Shown here: positions 10,120 to 20,429 of the stretch, one piece after another
How the letters are laid out: each line of letters opens with the position of its first letter
Position numbering within the stretch: position 1 is the first letter of the stretch
NCBI GenBank assembly: GCA_963749705.1
Contig: CAVVNQ010000004.1
Coordinates: 250,204-314,203 of the forward strand
Source of the DNA: an uncultured Chloroflexia bacterium
GTDB taxonomy: Bacteria > Chloroflexota > Limnocylindria > Limnocylindrales > CSP1-4
Direction of reading: 5' to 3'
Length of the DNA stretch: 64,000 bases
Position numbers and translations under genes: made by a program
Notes under the pieces: model-generated
The model's input: only the letters and a program-made list of their open reading frames with translations
What the model was told of the DNA's origin: nothing
Database searches by the model: none

Positions 10120-11279
10120 GCTCCCTGGCGCGCGGCGTTGCGGTCGTCGGCTGCGGCAACATCGGCCTCAGCCGCCATATCCCCGCCTGGCTCGAACAGC
10201 CGAGCGGCTACCACCTTGCCGCCGTCGCCGACCCGGATCCGGGCCGTCGGCAGGCTGGAATGGCGGCCGGGGGCCTTGCCGCAGGTGACGCCGTCGCCGA
10301 CGTGGCCGAGCTCCTCGAGCGGCCGGAGATCGGGGTCCTCGACCTCTGTGTGCCTCCGAACCTGAGGCCGGCGATCGTACGGGAGGCGGCGAGGCGAGGA
10401 AAGCACATCCTGACCGAGAAGCCCCTGGCGATCTCCCCGGCAATCGGAGAAGCCATGGTCGCTGACTGCGAGACCTCGGGCGTCACGCTCGGGGTGGTTC
10501 ACAACTTCCTGTTCTTCCCCGAGATCGCCACGGCCTTGGGGCTGATCGGTTCGGGCGCGATCGGCGACGTCGAGGTCGTGATCCTCAACTACCTCGGTGC
10601 CGCAGACAACCCGGGTGCAGCCGCGTATCGACCCGCCTGGCGCCACGAACCGGCCGCATCGGGCGGTGGGGTCCTCATGGACCTGATCCATGTCGTCTAC
10701 CTGGCAGAGGCGTTCCTGGGTCGGCCGATCGAGACCGCGTCAGGATTCGTCACGGCGCGGTCGGCAGGGGGCGTTGAAGGTCTGGCCATCTGCCGCTTCG
10801 AGAGTCGCGATTCCGTGGCCCTGGCCAACGTCGGCTGGGGAGACGGACCGGGAGGCATCGAGATCAGCGGCACCGAGGGACGGATCTCCATTCGATATGC
10901 CAACGGCGGAACGAGCCCATTCGCGCCGTTCGAACAGCTGGAGCTGACCGACCGTGGCGGCAGCCGCATCGTCGAGGTACCGCCGAGTGCCGGCTTCCTG
11001 AGCCCGGCGATCACCGACTTCGCTGCCGCGCTCGACCAGCGTGGGACGCCGGCAGCGGACGGCCGGCATGCGCTCCACATCCTCGAGGCCACGCTCGCGG
11101 CGTACGAATCCGCCGCGACCGGACGCGAGGTCGCGCTGCCCCTCGACCGGCGTGATCCGGTGTTCCTCGATGGGGCCCTCGGTATCGCCCGGCTCGACCT
11201 GTCGCCGCGGAGCGCCATCGTGCGACGACGGATCTTCGGGGTCGGCCTGGAGGGAGGCGGATCGGGGGTCCGGGCATGA
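10116..11279 (+). CDS. Gfo/Idh/MocA family oxidoreductase
   Basis: VVGCGNIG Rossmann motif, HILTEKPLA, GGGVLMDLIH. Confidence 0.9.
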   Translation: MSSLARGVAVVGCGNIGLSRHIPAWLEQPSGYHLAAVADPDPGRRQAGMAAGGLAAGDAVADVAELLERPEIGVLDLCVPPNLRPAIVREAARRGKHILTEKPLAISPAIGEAMVADCETSGVTLGVVHNFLFFPEIATALGLIGSGAIGDVEVVILNYLGAADNPGAAAYRPAWRHEPAASGGGVLMDLIHVVYLAEAFLGRPIETASGFVTARSAGGVEGLAICRFESRDSVALANVGWGDGPGGIEISGTEGRISIRYANGGTSPFAPFEQLELTDRGGSRIVEVPPSAGFLSPAITDFAAALDQRGTPAADGRHALHILEATLAAYESAATGREVALPLDRRDPVFLDGALGIARLDLSPRSAIVRRRIFGVGLEGGGSGVRA

Positions 11280-12907
11280 CTGGCGGACGGCCGATCCTGG
11301 GGATCGACATCGGCGGCACCAACCTGGGTGCCGCGGTCGCCACGGCCGATGGGCGTGTCCTGGCCAGTCTTCGTCGACCGAGTCAGGCGGCCGACGGTCC
11401 GGACGCGATGATCGCCCGGGTCGTCGACATGGGCCGAGCGGTCATCGCCGAAGCGACCGTCACGTTGGAGGACGTCGAGGCGATCGGGATCAGCTGTGGC
11501 GGGCCGCTCGATCCGGCCCGTGGCGTCGTGCACAACGCCCTCAACAACCCGGGCTGGATCGACATTCCGGTGGTCGATCGGGTCCAAGCCGCGCTCGGCC
11601 GACCCGCATACCTCGAGAATGACGCGAATGCCGCCGCGCTCGCGGAGCATCGCTTCGGGGCCGGACGGGGCGTGAGGAACCTGGTGTACCTCACGATCTC
11701 CACCGGGGTGGGCGGCGGCGTGATTGTCGATGGGCGACTCATCCACGGCGAGAACGGCAACGCCGGCGAGCTTGGTCATCTCGTCGTGCGTGCCAACGGC
11801 CGGCCCTGTCACTGCGGGTCCGTTGGCTGCATCGAGGCGTACTGCTCCGGCACCAGCATCGCGGAGCGCGCGCGAGAGATGCTGGTGGCACCCGGGTCAA
11901 CCAGCAGCCTGCACGCGGCCGGGGGTTCCGATGTTCGCGCCGAGGATGTGGTGCTCGCCGCTCGTGCCGGCGACCCGATGGCACGTGCGCTCTGGGACGA
12001 GACCATGGACATGCTCGGAGCCGGCATCGTGAGCATGATCCACGCGTTCAATCCACACCTCGTGCTTCTCGGCGGAGGCGTGGCCAAGGCCGGCGACATG
12101 CTGTTCGAGCCCATTCGCCGGATCGTCTCCGACCAGGCGATGCCGTGGCTGGCGGACGGCGTCACCATCGAGGCGGCCCAGCTGGGTGACCTGGCGGGGA
12201 TGCTGGGCGCGGTGGTCGTCGCGCTCGATGGTCGTGAGGCGCAGCGGAGCGGAGGATCCCAACATGAGGTCGGCGGCAGATTCCGCGTCGTCGACCCGGC
12301 TGACGACGGGGCGGTGTGGGACGAGCACCAGCGGGTCGTGTCGGACTCGAGTGCGCTCCGTCCGCAGGTACGGGCAATCGCCGAGCAGCTGTTCCGGGCG
12401 CTGAATGCCGGCCACAAGCTCATCGCCTTTGGGAACGGGGGAAGTGCCGCTGAAGCCCAGCATTTCGCCGCCGAGCTTCTCGGTCGTTTCAGCGCACCAA
12501 GGCGACCGTTGCCGGCCATCGCCCTGTCCAGCGACCCATCGACGGTCACCGCCATCGCGAATGATTTCGGGTATGAAGAGGTGTTCGCGCGACAGATCGA
12601 AGCGCTGGCGGAGACCGGCGACATCGCGATCGGGATCACGACCAGCGGGGGGAGCGAGAGCGTCGTGCGCGGTCTACGGGCGGCACGTGCGCGGGGGGCC
12701 GTCGCCGTTGCGTGGACAGGCGCCGATCCCGGACGCGCCGGTGAGGCTTCCGACCTCGTGCTCGCCGTACCTTCGATGACAACCGCGCGGATCCAGGAGG
12801 TTCACTCGCTGGCGATGCATACGATCTGCGGGATCGTGGATTCGCTGGCGTCGGAACATCGCGACAGCACGCCGCCGGGCCGCCCTCCCCTATCCGATCG
12901 TCAGTAG
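11276..12907 (+). CDS. ROK-family sugar kinase fused to a SIS/GmhA-like phosphosugar isomerase
   Basis: N-term GIDIGGT, LENDANAAALAE, GELGH, CHCGSVGCIE; C-term FGNGGSAAEAQHFAAEL, TAIANDFGY, ARIQEVH. Confidence 0.88.
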   Translation: MTGGRPILGIDIGGTNLGAAVATADGRVLASLRRPSQAADGPDAMIARVVDMGRAVIAEATVTLEDVEAIGISCGGPLDPARGVVHNALNNPGWIDIPVVDRVQAALGRPAYLENDANAAALAEHRFGAGRGVRNLVYLTISTGVGGGVIVDGRLIHGENGNAGELGHLVVRANGRPCHCGSVGCIEAYCSGTSIAERAREMLVAPGSTSSLHAAGGSDVRAEDVVLAARAGDPMARALWDETMDMLGAGIVSMIHAFNPHLVLLGGGVAKAGDMLFEPIRRIVSDQAMPWLADGVTIEAAQLGDLAGMLGAVVVALDGREAQRSGGSQHEVGGRFRVVDPADDGAVWDEHQRVVSDSSALRPQVRAIAEQLFRALNAGHKLIAFGNGGSAAEAQHFAAELLGRFSAPRRPLPAIALSSDPSTVTAIANDFGYEEVFARQIEALAETGDIAIGITTSGGSESVVRGLRAARARGAVAVAWTGADPGRAGEASDLVLAVPSMTTARIQEVHSLAMHTICGIVDSLASEHRDSTPPGRPPLSDRQ

Positions 12908-13828
12908 CCGTCGCGGGTTGTCGATCGTGATCCGGTCGATCTCGGCGTCGGACACCCCGGCGGCCCGAAGGCGCGGCAGGAACGTCAGCTGCAGGTGCGT
13001 GTAGCCATTGCCCTCGAATTGGCGCAGCTGGCTGTTGTGGCACACGTCCTGGCTGAGCAGGACGCGATCGATGTGGCCGCGGTGGAGCAGCTCGAGCACG
13101 AGCTCGACGACCTTGCCCTCGCCGTACTTCTCCATCGGCGTGAACGACATGCCCAGGAAGTCGAACTCGATCGAGGCGCCGCGATTGATCAGTGACAGGT
13201 AGTGGTCGAGCACCGGGTAGCTGTCGGCGTGACCGATGACGATGCGGCCGGGATCGACGCCCTCATCCTCGAGGATCGTCAGCTGCGCGGCGCCGACATC
13301 GCTCTGCACGGCGTGGGTCGAGACGGCCAGCCCGGTCCGGCGCGCCGCCCGGGCGACCGCCCGGAACACGCGCTCCTCGGCAGGTGAGACCCATGGCTTG
13401 TCGGTGCCGACCTCCCCCAGGATCCCGGTCCGGATCCCGGTGTCCCCCACCCCGACGGTCGCGTCGGCGACGAGCTCCTCGGCCAGGGAGTCGACCGATC
13501 GGCGGTCGATCATCGCCTCTGGCGGGTAGTACGCGGTCCGGTACCAGCCGCCGCCCATCACGATGTGGAGGCCGCTTTTCTCGGACAGCGTGCGCAGCCA
13601 CAGTGGATCCCGCCCGTTCCCGGGCAGCGTCAGGTCCGCGAGCGCGGTCCCGCCCGCCTCGCGGAACAGGCGAAGCTCCTCCAGGATGACCGGCTCGTCG
13701 CGGGTCAGCTCCCAGTAGTCCCAGCGGTTCTGGATGTGCCACAGCGCGATCTGGGTGTGCTCGTGCGGCAGCGTGAACCCGAGCGTGCCCGGATCGACGG
13801 GCCCGCGGACGGTCATGACGTGCGACAT
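12890..13828 (-). CDS. phosphotriesterase-related (Php) amidohydrolase
   Basis: MTVRGPV, TLPHEH, GILGEVG, STH, IGHAD, LLSQD, NPRRLL. Confidence 0.88.
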   Translation of the reverse strand: MSHVMTVRGPVDPGTLGFTLPHEHTQIALWHIQNRWDYWELTRDEPVILEELRLFREAGGTALADLTLPGNGRDPLWLRTLSEKSGLHIVMGGGWYRTAYYPPEAMIDRRSVDSLAEELVADATVGVGDTGIRTGILGEVGTDKPWVSPAEERVFRAVARAARRTGLAVSTHAVQSDVGAAQLTILEDEGVDPGRIVIGHADSYPVLDHYLSLINRGASIEFDFLGMSFTPMEKYGEGKVVELVLELLHRGHIDRVLLSQDVCHNSQLRQFEGNGYTHLQLTFLPRLRAAGVSDAEIDRITIDNPRRLLTIG

Positions 13829-14089
13829 GGAGCAAGCGTAGTCCGGGAGCGGACGCCCGGCTGCCCCGTCGCGGCGGCGGAGGATTGCGAATGGCCGACG
13901 GCCGCGGCGCACGGGGCACGCGCGGTCTGGCGCAGGGGGCACGGCGGACTGGGGCGGGCTCCCGCGGCGGACCCACGCCGGCACAGACCGGGATCCACGG
14001 TGCACCGAGCATCGATGCTCGGTATCGTCCTCCTTGCCGTCCCGCGCGTCCGGCGGCCCACGTCCCGCTCACCGTCACTCGGAGTCCTG

Positions 14090-16417
14090 ATGTTCAGCCG
14101 CTGGGGTGCGTTCGTCTACCGGCGACGCCGGATCTTCCTCGTCCTTGCCATCGTGGTCGGCCTGGCCGGCGCGACCGGTGCCGGCCGCGCCGCCTCCGTC
14201 CTGTCGGCCGGCGGCTGGCTCGACCCGGGCTCCGAATCCGCCCACGTCTCGGATCGCCTTGCCGCCCAGTTCGGCGCGGGTCGCGGCACGCTGATCGCCC
14301 TGTTTCGCGGGCCCGCCGGCGCCGACGCGACGAGCGCCGCGTTCCAGTCCGCGATCACGCGCTCGCTCGCCGACCTGGTGACCGACCCGGATGTCGCCGG
14401 CACGGTGGGCTACGCGCAGACGGGCGATTCGCGGTTCATCGCCACCGCCGGGAACGCGGCCTACGTGGTGATCAACCTGACCGTCACCGACGAGGAATCG
14501 GTACCCCTGCTGTCACGCTTCGAGTCCCGGATCCGGCAGCCGGGCGACGGCATCCAGCTGCTGCTGGGTGGGTACGCGCCGCTGACCCGCGATTCGGCGA
14601 AGCAGTCCGAGGAGGACCTGGTCCGCGCCGAGACGGTGTCGCTGCCGATCGCCGCGCTCGTCCTCGTGCTCGTGTTCGCCTCGCTGCTCGCCGCCGGCAT
14701 CCCGCTCCTGGTCGCGGGTCTCGCGATCCCCACCACCCTGGGCCTGGTCTGGATCGTCGGACAGCAGGTGGAGATGAGCATCTACGTCCAGAACGTGTCG
14801 ACGATGCTGGGCCTCGCCCTCGCGATCGACTACTCGCTGTTCATGGTCAGCCGGTTCCGCGAGGAGCTGCACCGCGGGCGCACCGTGGGCGACGCCGTCG
14901 AGATCGCGGTCGCCACGTCGGGCAAGGCCGTCACGTTCTCGGGCATCGCGGTCGCGACCGGGCTGGGCGGGCTGCTCGCGTTCAGCGCCCCCGCGCTCCG
15001 GTCGTTCGGCATCGGCGGGATGCTGACCGTCGCGGCATCGCTGTTCTTTGCGCTCACCTTCCTGCCGGCGCTGCTGGGCATGCTCGGCACGCGGGTGGAC
15101 GCGCTGTCGGTCGGCGGCCTGGTCGACCGGCTTCGCGGCCTGACCGGGCGAGCCCCACGGTCGGACGAAGGGCCGGCTCGCTCGCGGTGGGAGCGGGTCG
15201 CGAACGCCGTGATGGCGCGTCCGATCGTCGTCCTCATCCCGACCCTGACGCTGCTGATCGCCGCGGGCACGCCGTTCCTCCAGCTCGAGCAGGGCATCCC
15301 GGACGCGTTCGTGCTGCCCGCAGGGCTCGAGAGCCGCGATGCCGCGGTCGCACTTCAGCGCGACTTCGAGCCGGGCACGACCACGCCGATCATCGCGCTC
15401 GTGGACGTGCCCGGCGATCCCGCCTCGAGCACCAACGTCGCGGCGCTCGTCGGGTACGCGGACAAGCTGGCCGCCGTCGACGGGGTCGAGCGGGTCGAGA
15501 GCCCGTTCAGCAACATCCCCAACCCGGCCACCGGCCAGCCGCTCACCGCGCAGCAGCTGGCCGCCCTCTACGGGCAGCCGAAGTCGACCTGGCCGCCACA
15601 GCTCGTGGAGCTGTGGGATCGATACGTCCAGGGCTCGACCGTCCGCTTCGATGCCATCAGCCCCCTCCTCACGTCCTCGCCCCAGGGGACGGCGATCATC
15701 CCGGTCATCCGCGCGATCGACCCGGGTGCCGGCCTGTCCGCCGCGGTGGGCGGGTTTGCCGCGACCGGCCACGACTTCCTCCAGGCGCAGGCCGACCGCA
15801 CGCCGATCGCGGTGGGCGTCGTCCTGATCGCGATGGGCGCGATCCTGTTCCTCCTGTTCGGGTCGGTGGTGCTGCCGGCAAAGGCGATCGTGATGACGCT
15901 GCTGTCGATCAGCGCGTCGTTCGGCGCCCTGGTCTGGATCTTCCAGGAGGGCAACCTCAGCGACCAGCTCGCGTTCACCTCGCCCGGGTTCACGATCGCG
16001 GGCAACCCGATCATCATGTTCTGCGTCCTGTTCGGGCTGTCGATGGACTACGAGGTGCTCCTCCTGTCGCGGATCCAGGAGGCCTACCGCCGCACGGACG
16101 ACAACCGCGCGTCGGTTGCGGAGGGGCTGGCGAGGACCGCGGGCGTCATCACGGGCGCCGCAGCGATCATGGTCTCGGTGTTCGCGGCATTCGCCCTGGC
16201 CGAGACGATCACGATCAAGAGCATCGGCGTCGGGATGGCGATCGCGGTCCTGGTCGACGCGACGATCGTGCGCATCCTGGTGGTTCCGGCCACGATGCGG
16301 CTGCTCGGCCGCTGGAACTGGTGGGCGCCGGGGCTGATGTCCCGGTTCGCGGATCGGGTCGGGTTCAGCCACGTCGAGGACGAGGTGGCGATCCCCGCCC
16401 GCGACGCGCCGGCCTGA
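14090..16417 (+). CDS. MMPL/RND-superfamily transporter
   Basis: Two TM bundles with GLALAIDYSLF and FGLSMDYEV motifs; LLGRWNWWAP tail. Confidence 0.92.
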   Translation: MFSRWGAFVYRRRRIFLVLAIVVGLAGATGAGRAASVLSAGGWLDPGSESAHVSDRLAAQFGAGRGTLIALFRGPAGADATSAAFQSAITRSLADLVTDPDVAGTVGYAQTGDSRFIATAGNAAYVVINLTVTDEESVPLLSRFESRIRQPGDGIQLLLGGYAPLTRDSAKQSEEDLVRAETVSLPIAALVLVLVFASLLAAGIPLLVAGLAIPTTLGLVWIVGQQVEMSIYVQNVSTMLGLALAIDYSLFMVSRFREELHRGRTVGDAVEIAVATSGKAVTFSGIAVATGLGGLLAFSAPALRSFGIGGMLTVAASLFFALTFLPALLGMLGTRVDALSVGGLVDRLRGLTGRAPRSDEGPARSRWERVANAVMARPIVVLIPTLTLLIAAGTPFLQLEQGIPDAFVLPAGLESRDAAVALQRDFEPGTTTPIIALVDVPGDPASSTNVAALVGYADKLAAVDGVERVESPFSNIPNPATGQPLTAQQLAALYGQPKSTWPPQLVELWDRYVQGSTVRFDAISPLLTSSPQGTAIIPVIRAIDPGAGLSAAVGGFAATGHDFLQAQADRTPIAVGVVLIAMGAILFLLFGSVVLPAKAIVMTLLSISASFGALVWIFQEGNLSDQLAFTSPGFTIAGNPIIMFCVLFGLSMDYEVLLLSRIQEAYRRTDDNRASVAEGLARTAGVITGAAAIMVSVFAAFALAETITIKSIGVGMAIAVLVDATIVRILVVPATMRLLGRWNWWAPGLMSRFADRVGFSHVEDEVAIPARDAPA

Positions 16418-16429
16418 CATGGCCGGGGG

Positions 16430-16476
16430 CGGCCGAGGCACGGGCGCCGGCCGAGGCACGGGGCGGCCGAGGCACG
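16430..16476. repeat. three copies of CGGCCGAGGCACG
   Basis: Copies at 16430, 16448 and 16464 between the MMPL stop and mug. Confidence 0.7.
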
Positions 16477-16519
16477 CGGGGCGGCGACCGAGCCGGCGGC
16501 GCGCGTCGGGGGAGCGGGA

Positions 16520-17034
16520 ATGCCCCCGAAAGGTCGGCGGTCCCCGACATCCTGGCGCCTGGGCTGCGGCTGGTGCTCGTCGGGATCAATCCGGGCCGCG
16601 TGTCCGCCGCCGCGGCCGCCCACTTCGCCAATCCGCGCAACGACTTCTGGCGGCTGCTCTACGCCTCGGGCCTGACGCCGCGGCTGCTCGAGCCGCGGGA
16701 GCAGGAAGAGCTGCTCGCGCTGCGCATCGGGATCACCAATGCCGCGCTGCGGACGACGCCCGGGTCCGGCGACCTGCGGGCGGCGGACTTCGCGGGCAGC
16801 GCGGCTCGGCTGGAGCGGATCGCGCTGGTGCTCCAGCCCGCGGTGCTCGCATTCGTGGGCAAGGAGGCATGGCGCGGGGTGTTCGGACAGCGGCCGGAGC
16901 TCGGCCTGCAGGCGCGCCGGATCGGGGACACGCGGCTTTTCGTCCTGCCGTCAACCTCGCCCGCCAACGCCGCAGTCCCGTGGCCGGAGCGGCTGCACTG
17001 GTTCCGCGAGCTGGCCGCGATCGTCCCCGCCTGA
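16520..17034 (+). CDS. mug: G/U mismatch-specific uracil-DNA glycosylase (start ambiguous, possible frameshift)
   Basis: VPDILAPGL, VGINPG, HFANPRNDFW, LPSTSPANA. No in-frame start precedes PDIL; ATG 16520 (with RBS) is off-frame across the C5 tract 16523-16527. Confidence 0.8.
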
Positions 17035-17074
17035 CCGCGCTACGCTCTGCGACGACGCAGCGGAGGATGGGCGG

Positions 17075-17635
17075 ATGAGCGATCGACGGGACGAGCCGGT
17101 GCGGGGCGATGTCCTGGACGCGGGCCGGGTACGAGCCTACGGCTGGGAATGGACCGAGTTCGGCGGGTCGCGCAATCGAACCCGGCTGCCCTGGTTCGGG
17201 ATCTTCCTGGTCGTGTTCGGCGGGCTCCTGCTGCTGCGCCAGGTCTATCCGTCGCTCGACACGGCGGGCTCGCTCCTGTTCCTCGCAGCGGGCGTCGCGT
17301 TCCTCGTCTCGTGGCTGGTCAACCGCGGCATCGGGTCGCTGTACCTGGGCTCGATCATCACCGCGCTCGCCGCCCCCGACCTGCTCGCGGCCGCCAGGAT
17401 CGTCGAGGGGCCGGGGGTGGGCACGTTCTGCCTGGGTGTCGCGTTCCTGTTCATCGCGGCCGTCCGCGCGGCGAGCGGCGCGGGCTGGGGATGGCAGGCC
17501 GGCCTGGGCGTGATCCTCGCGGCGATCGGCGGGTCGAGCATCGCGGTCCCCGAGTTCAACGACCTCGTGTGGCCGATCCTGCTGGTCGTGCTGGGCGGGA
17601 TCCTGCTCATCCGCGCATCGCGCGTCCGCGCCTGA
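17075..17635 (+). CDS. membrane protein (LiaF/DUF5668-like TM repeats)
   Basis: About 6 hydrophobic helices; WFGIFLVVFGGLLLL and WPILLVVLGG motifs. Confidence 0.65.
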   Translation: MSDRRDEPVRGDVLDAGRVRAYGWEWTEFGGSRNRTRLPWFGIFLVVFGGLLLLRQVYPSLDTAGSLLFLAAGVAFLVSWLVNRGIGSLYLGSIITALAAPDLLAAARIVEGPGVGTFCLGVAFLFIAAVRAASGAGWGWQAGLGVILAAIGGSSIAVPEFNDLVWPILLVVLGGILLIRASRVRA

Positions 17636-17671
17636 GGCGGGTCGCTCAGGGCGCCGCACCTTCCGCGCGTC

Positions 17672-19018
17672 CTAGCCTCGCGTCGCCGCCCCGATCTCCG
17701 CGAGCGCGAGGTCGATCGCATCGCCCAGCCCGCCCGCGATCCGAACGAGCTCGTCGTCCGTGATGACGAACGGCGGCCCGAGCACGATGACGTCGCCATC
17801 GACGCCGTCGGCGTTGCCGGTGCCCGAGTACAGGAGCAGCCCGCGCTCGCGCGCGATGCGCACGATCGTCTCCGCCAGCCGCGATGCCCGCGGGTAGGGC
17901 TCGGTCGTCTCGCGGTCGCGCACCAGCTCGACCCCCACCATCAGCCCGCGGCCCCGGATGTCACCGACCGAGGGGTGGTCGCCGAGCCGGTCGCGAAGCA
18001 GACCGAGCAGCCGCTCCCCCTTGACGGCGGACGCCTCGACGAGCGACTCCGCCTCGAGGATCCGAAGGACCTCGCGAGCCACCGCCGCGCCCGTGGGCTG
18101 GTGCGAGTAGGTGAAGCCATGGACGAACGGACCGGCGCCGGTGACGGTGTCGTGGAGCTCGCCCGAGGCGGCGACGAAGCCGAACGGCCAGTACCCGGAG
18201 GTGGCGCCCTTGGCCGCGACGAGCAGGTCGGGCCGGACCCGCTCATGGTCCATCCCGAACCACCTGCCGGTGCGCCCGAAGCCGGTCATCACCTCGTCGG
18301 CGATCAGCAGCACCCCGTGCTGGCGGCAGACGTCGGCAACCGCGGGCCAGTAGCCGGGCGGCGGGGCGACGGCGCCCAGGGTGGCGCCCACGACCGGCTC
18401 GCCGACGAACGCGGCGACGGTGCCCGGACCGGCGGTGGTGAACGCGCGGTCCAGCTCATCCACCAGCTCCTGCGTCGTGCCCAGCGACTGGGACCCTGCG
18501 TAGGCGCCGCGGTAGGGGTATGCGGCGCTCACGTGCCGGAACCGACCCAGCCACCCCTCGTACGGCCGGCGCAACGGCCGGCGCCCGGACAGGTCGAGCG
18601 CCCCCAGCGTGTTGCCGTGGTAGCTGCCCCAGCGCGCGAACACGATCCAGCGGTCCGGCTCGCCGCGCGCGATCTGCGCGGCGCGGGCCAGCTTGAGCGC
18701 GGTCTCGATCGCCTCCGAACCGCCCGACACCGGGTAGATCGCCGGGTCCTCGACGGGAAGGTGGGCGGCCACCTCGGTGGCATACGCCTCGAGCGGCGCG
18801 GTCGTGAATGCGGATCCGTGCGCGTACGACAGGCGCGCCGCCTGCTCTGCGATCCGATCGGCGATCTCCCGCCGGCCGTGGCCGACGTTCACGACGACCG
18901 CGCCACCCGCGGCATCGAGGTACTCCCGGCCCTGTGCGTCGACGATCGTGGAGCCATGCGCCTCGACCGCGACCGCGGGGTTGGGCGACGAGGAACGGAG
19001 GAAGACGCGGCCGCTCAT
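17672..19018 (-). CDS. class III PLP-dependent aminotransferase
   Basis: YLDAAGG, SGGSEAIETALK, SYHG, ADEVMTGFGRTG, AKG, HGFTY. Confidence 0.92.
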   Translation of the reverse strand: MSGRVFLRSSSPNPAVAVEAHGSTIVDAQGREYLDAAGGAVVVNVGHGRREIADRIAEQAARLSYAHGSAFTTAPLEAYATEVAAHLPVEDPAIYPVSGGSEAIETALKLARAAQIARGEPDRWIVFARWGSYHGNTLGALDLSGRRPLRRPYEGWLGRFRHVSAAYPYRGAYAGSQSLGTTQELVDELDRAFTTAGPGTVAAFVGEPVVGATLGAVAPPPGYWPAVADVCRQHGVLLIADEVMTGFGRTGRWFGMDHERVRPDLLVAAKGATSGYWPFGFVAASGELHDTVTGAGPFVHGFTYSHQPTGAAVAREVLRILEAESLVEASAVKGERLLGLLRDRLGDHPSVGDIRGRGLMVGVELVRDRETTEPYPRASRLAETIVRIARERGLLLYSGTGNADGVDGDVIVLGPPFVITDDELVRIAGGLGDAIDLALAEIGAATRG

Positions 19019-19225
19019 CGGCGCGCGACGGCATGGGGTTGGGTCACGCGCCGATTGTAGGCGGCACGGTCGGGCGGCGGGTCTCACGCATCCACGGCAC
19101 CCGGCGCTGCGCCGGGCACCACGGCGCCCCGGGTTGATGCGGACCGGGGGAAGGGAGGCCGGTTCCGCGCCCGGGGCGTCGGGTTGTGTTGGGTGGACGG
19201 CCCGCGGAATCGGGCCCGGTCCGGT

Positions 19226-20425
19226 CTAGACGCGTCCCTTCGGCACGGTGTGCCAGTACGTCTTGTTGAACACGATCTTGCCCAGGTGCCACAGCTGGTT
19301 CGGCTTGGGCGGCCGGGGCGGATGGTCGTAGTCGAACTGGAGCAGCGTGCCCTTGCCGTCGCCGACCTCGAAGAAGCACATGACCTTGCCGCCATAGGTC
19401 GAATGCTTGCCCGCCGGCTTCTTGCCGAGCACCGCGGCGGCGACCCGTTCGGCGATGACGGGGGCCTCGAAGTGGGCGGTCGACCCCGCCTTCGAGAGGG
19501 GCAGGTCCGTGGTGTCGCCCAGGGCGTGGATGTTCGGGTAGCGGGGAATGTCCTCGTCGGCCTGGCCGGGCGCGGCCTTGGCGACGGTCTTGACCTGGAG
19601 CGTGTGGCGGTCGGTGGGCAGCCAGCCCGACTTGGGCGCGAGCCCGGAGTCGATCAGGAACTGCGCGCCCTTGTGCGGAGGCACGACGATCAGGAGGTCG
19701 TACGGATGCTCCTCGAACGCGTCGGTGATGGCCACCTTGCGCTGGGGGTCGATCTGGGCGATGCCCGCGAGCAGCTCGAGGTGGATGCCCTTCTGCTCGA
19801 AGATCGGGGTCACCATCTCGGACACGCTCTCGATCGTGAACGCCCGGTTGATCGGCGACAGGAACGTGATCTCGCTCTTCTCGCGCAGGCCGCGGGCACG
19901 GAGCTCGGACTCGATCAGGAAGGCGACCTCGAGCGGCGCCGGCGGGCACTTGTAGGGGATGCCCGCGATGCCGATCACGATCCTCCCACCCTGGAAGGCA
20001 TCGAGCGCCTTGCGCAGCTTGGCCGCCGCGCCGGGGGTGTAGAAGTGATGCGCCTCGGTGTCGAAGCCATCGGTCAGCTCGGGCATGATCCGTGAGCCGG
20101 TGGCGATCACCAGCTGGTCGTACCGGAGCGTCTCGCCCGACGCAAGCTCGACCGACTGCCCCGTCGCATCGATGCGGGTGACCTTGTCGACCACGAGATC
20201 GACGTTGCCGTCGAGGAGCGACTTCTCCGACCGGACGAGACGTTCGGGCTTCTCGTTGCCCATGGCGATGTACATGTAGCCGGGCTGGTACGTGTGGCGG
20301 CCGGTCGCGTCGACGACGGTGACCCTGGCCTCCTGGCGCGCGATGGGCCCCTTGAGCTTGCGTGCGATGAGGTTGGCGGCGAGGGTCCCCCCCACCCCGC
20401 CGCCCAGGACGACGACCCGCTTCAT
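19226..20425 (-). CDS. sqr: sulfide:quinone oxidoreductase (type III-like)
   Basis: GGGVGG FAD motif, YQPG, PYKCPPAPLE, VPPHKG, GD..DLPLSKAGS, YGGKVMCF second Cys; amphipathic C-terminus. Confidence 0.85.
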   Translation of the reverse strand: MKRVVVLGGGVGGTLAANLIARKLKGPIARQEARVTVVDATGRHTYQPGYMYIAMGNEKPERLVRSEKSLLDGNVDLVVDKVTRIDATGQSVELASGETLRYDQLVIATGSRIMPELTDGFDTEAHHFYTPGAAAKLRKALDAFQGGRIVIGIAGIPYKCPPAPLEVAFLIESELRARGLREKSEITFLSPINRAFTIESVSEMVTPIFEQKGIHLELLAGIAQIDPQRKVAITDAFEEHPYDLLIVVPPHKGAQFLIDSGLAPKSGWLPTDRHTLQVKTVAKAAPGQADEDIPRYPNIHALGDTTDLPLSKAGSTAHFEAPVIAERVAAAVLGKKPAGKHSTYGGKVMCFFEVGDGKGTLLQFDYDHPPRPPKPNQLWHLGKIVFNKTYWHTVPKGRV

Positions 20426-20429
20426 GGGG

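Noticed and set aside
13885-17034. 1049-aa ORF overlapping the MMPL gene
   Set aside because: Arg/Gly/Pro-rich shadow frame; only its last about 170 aa (mug) are protein-like.
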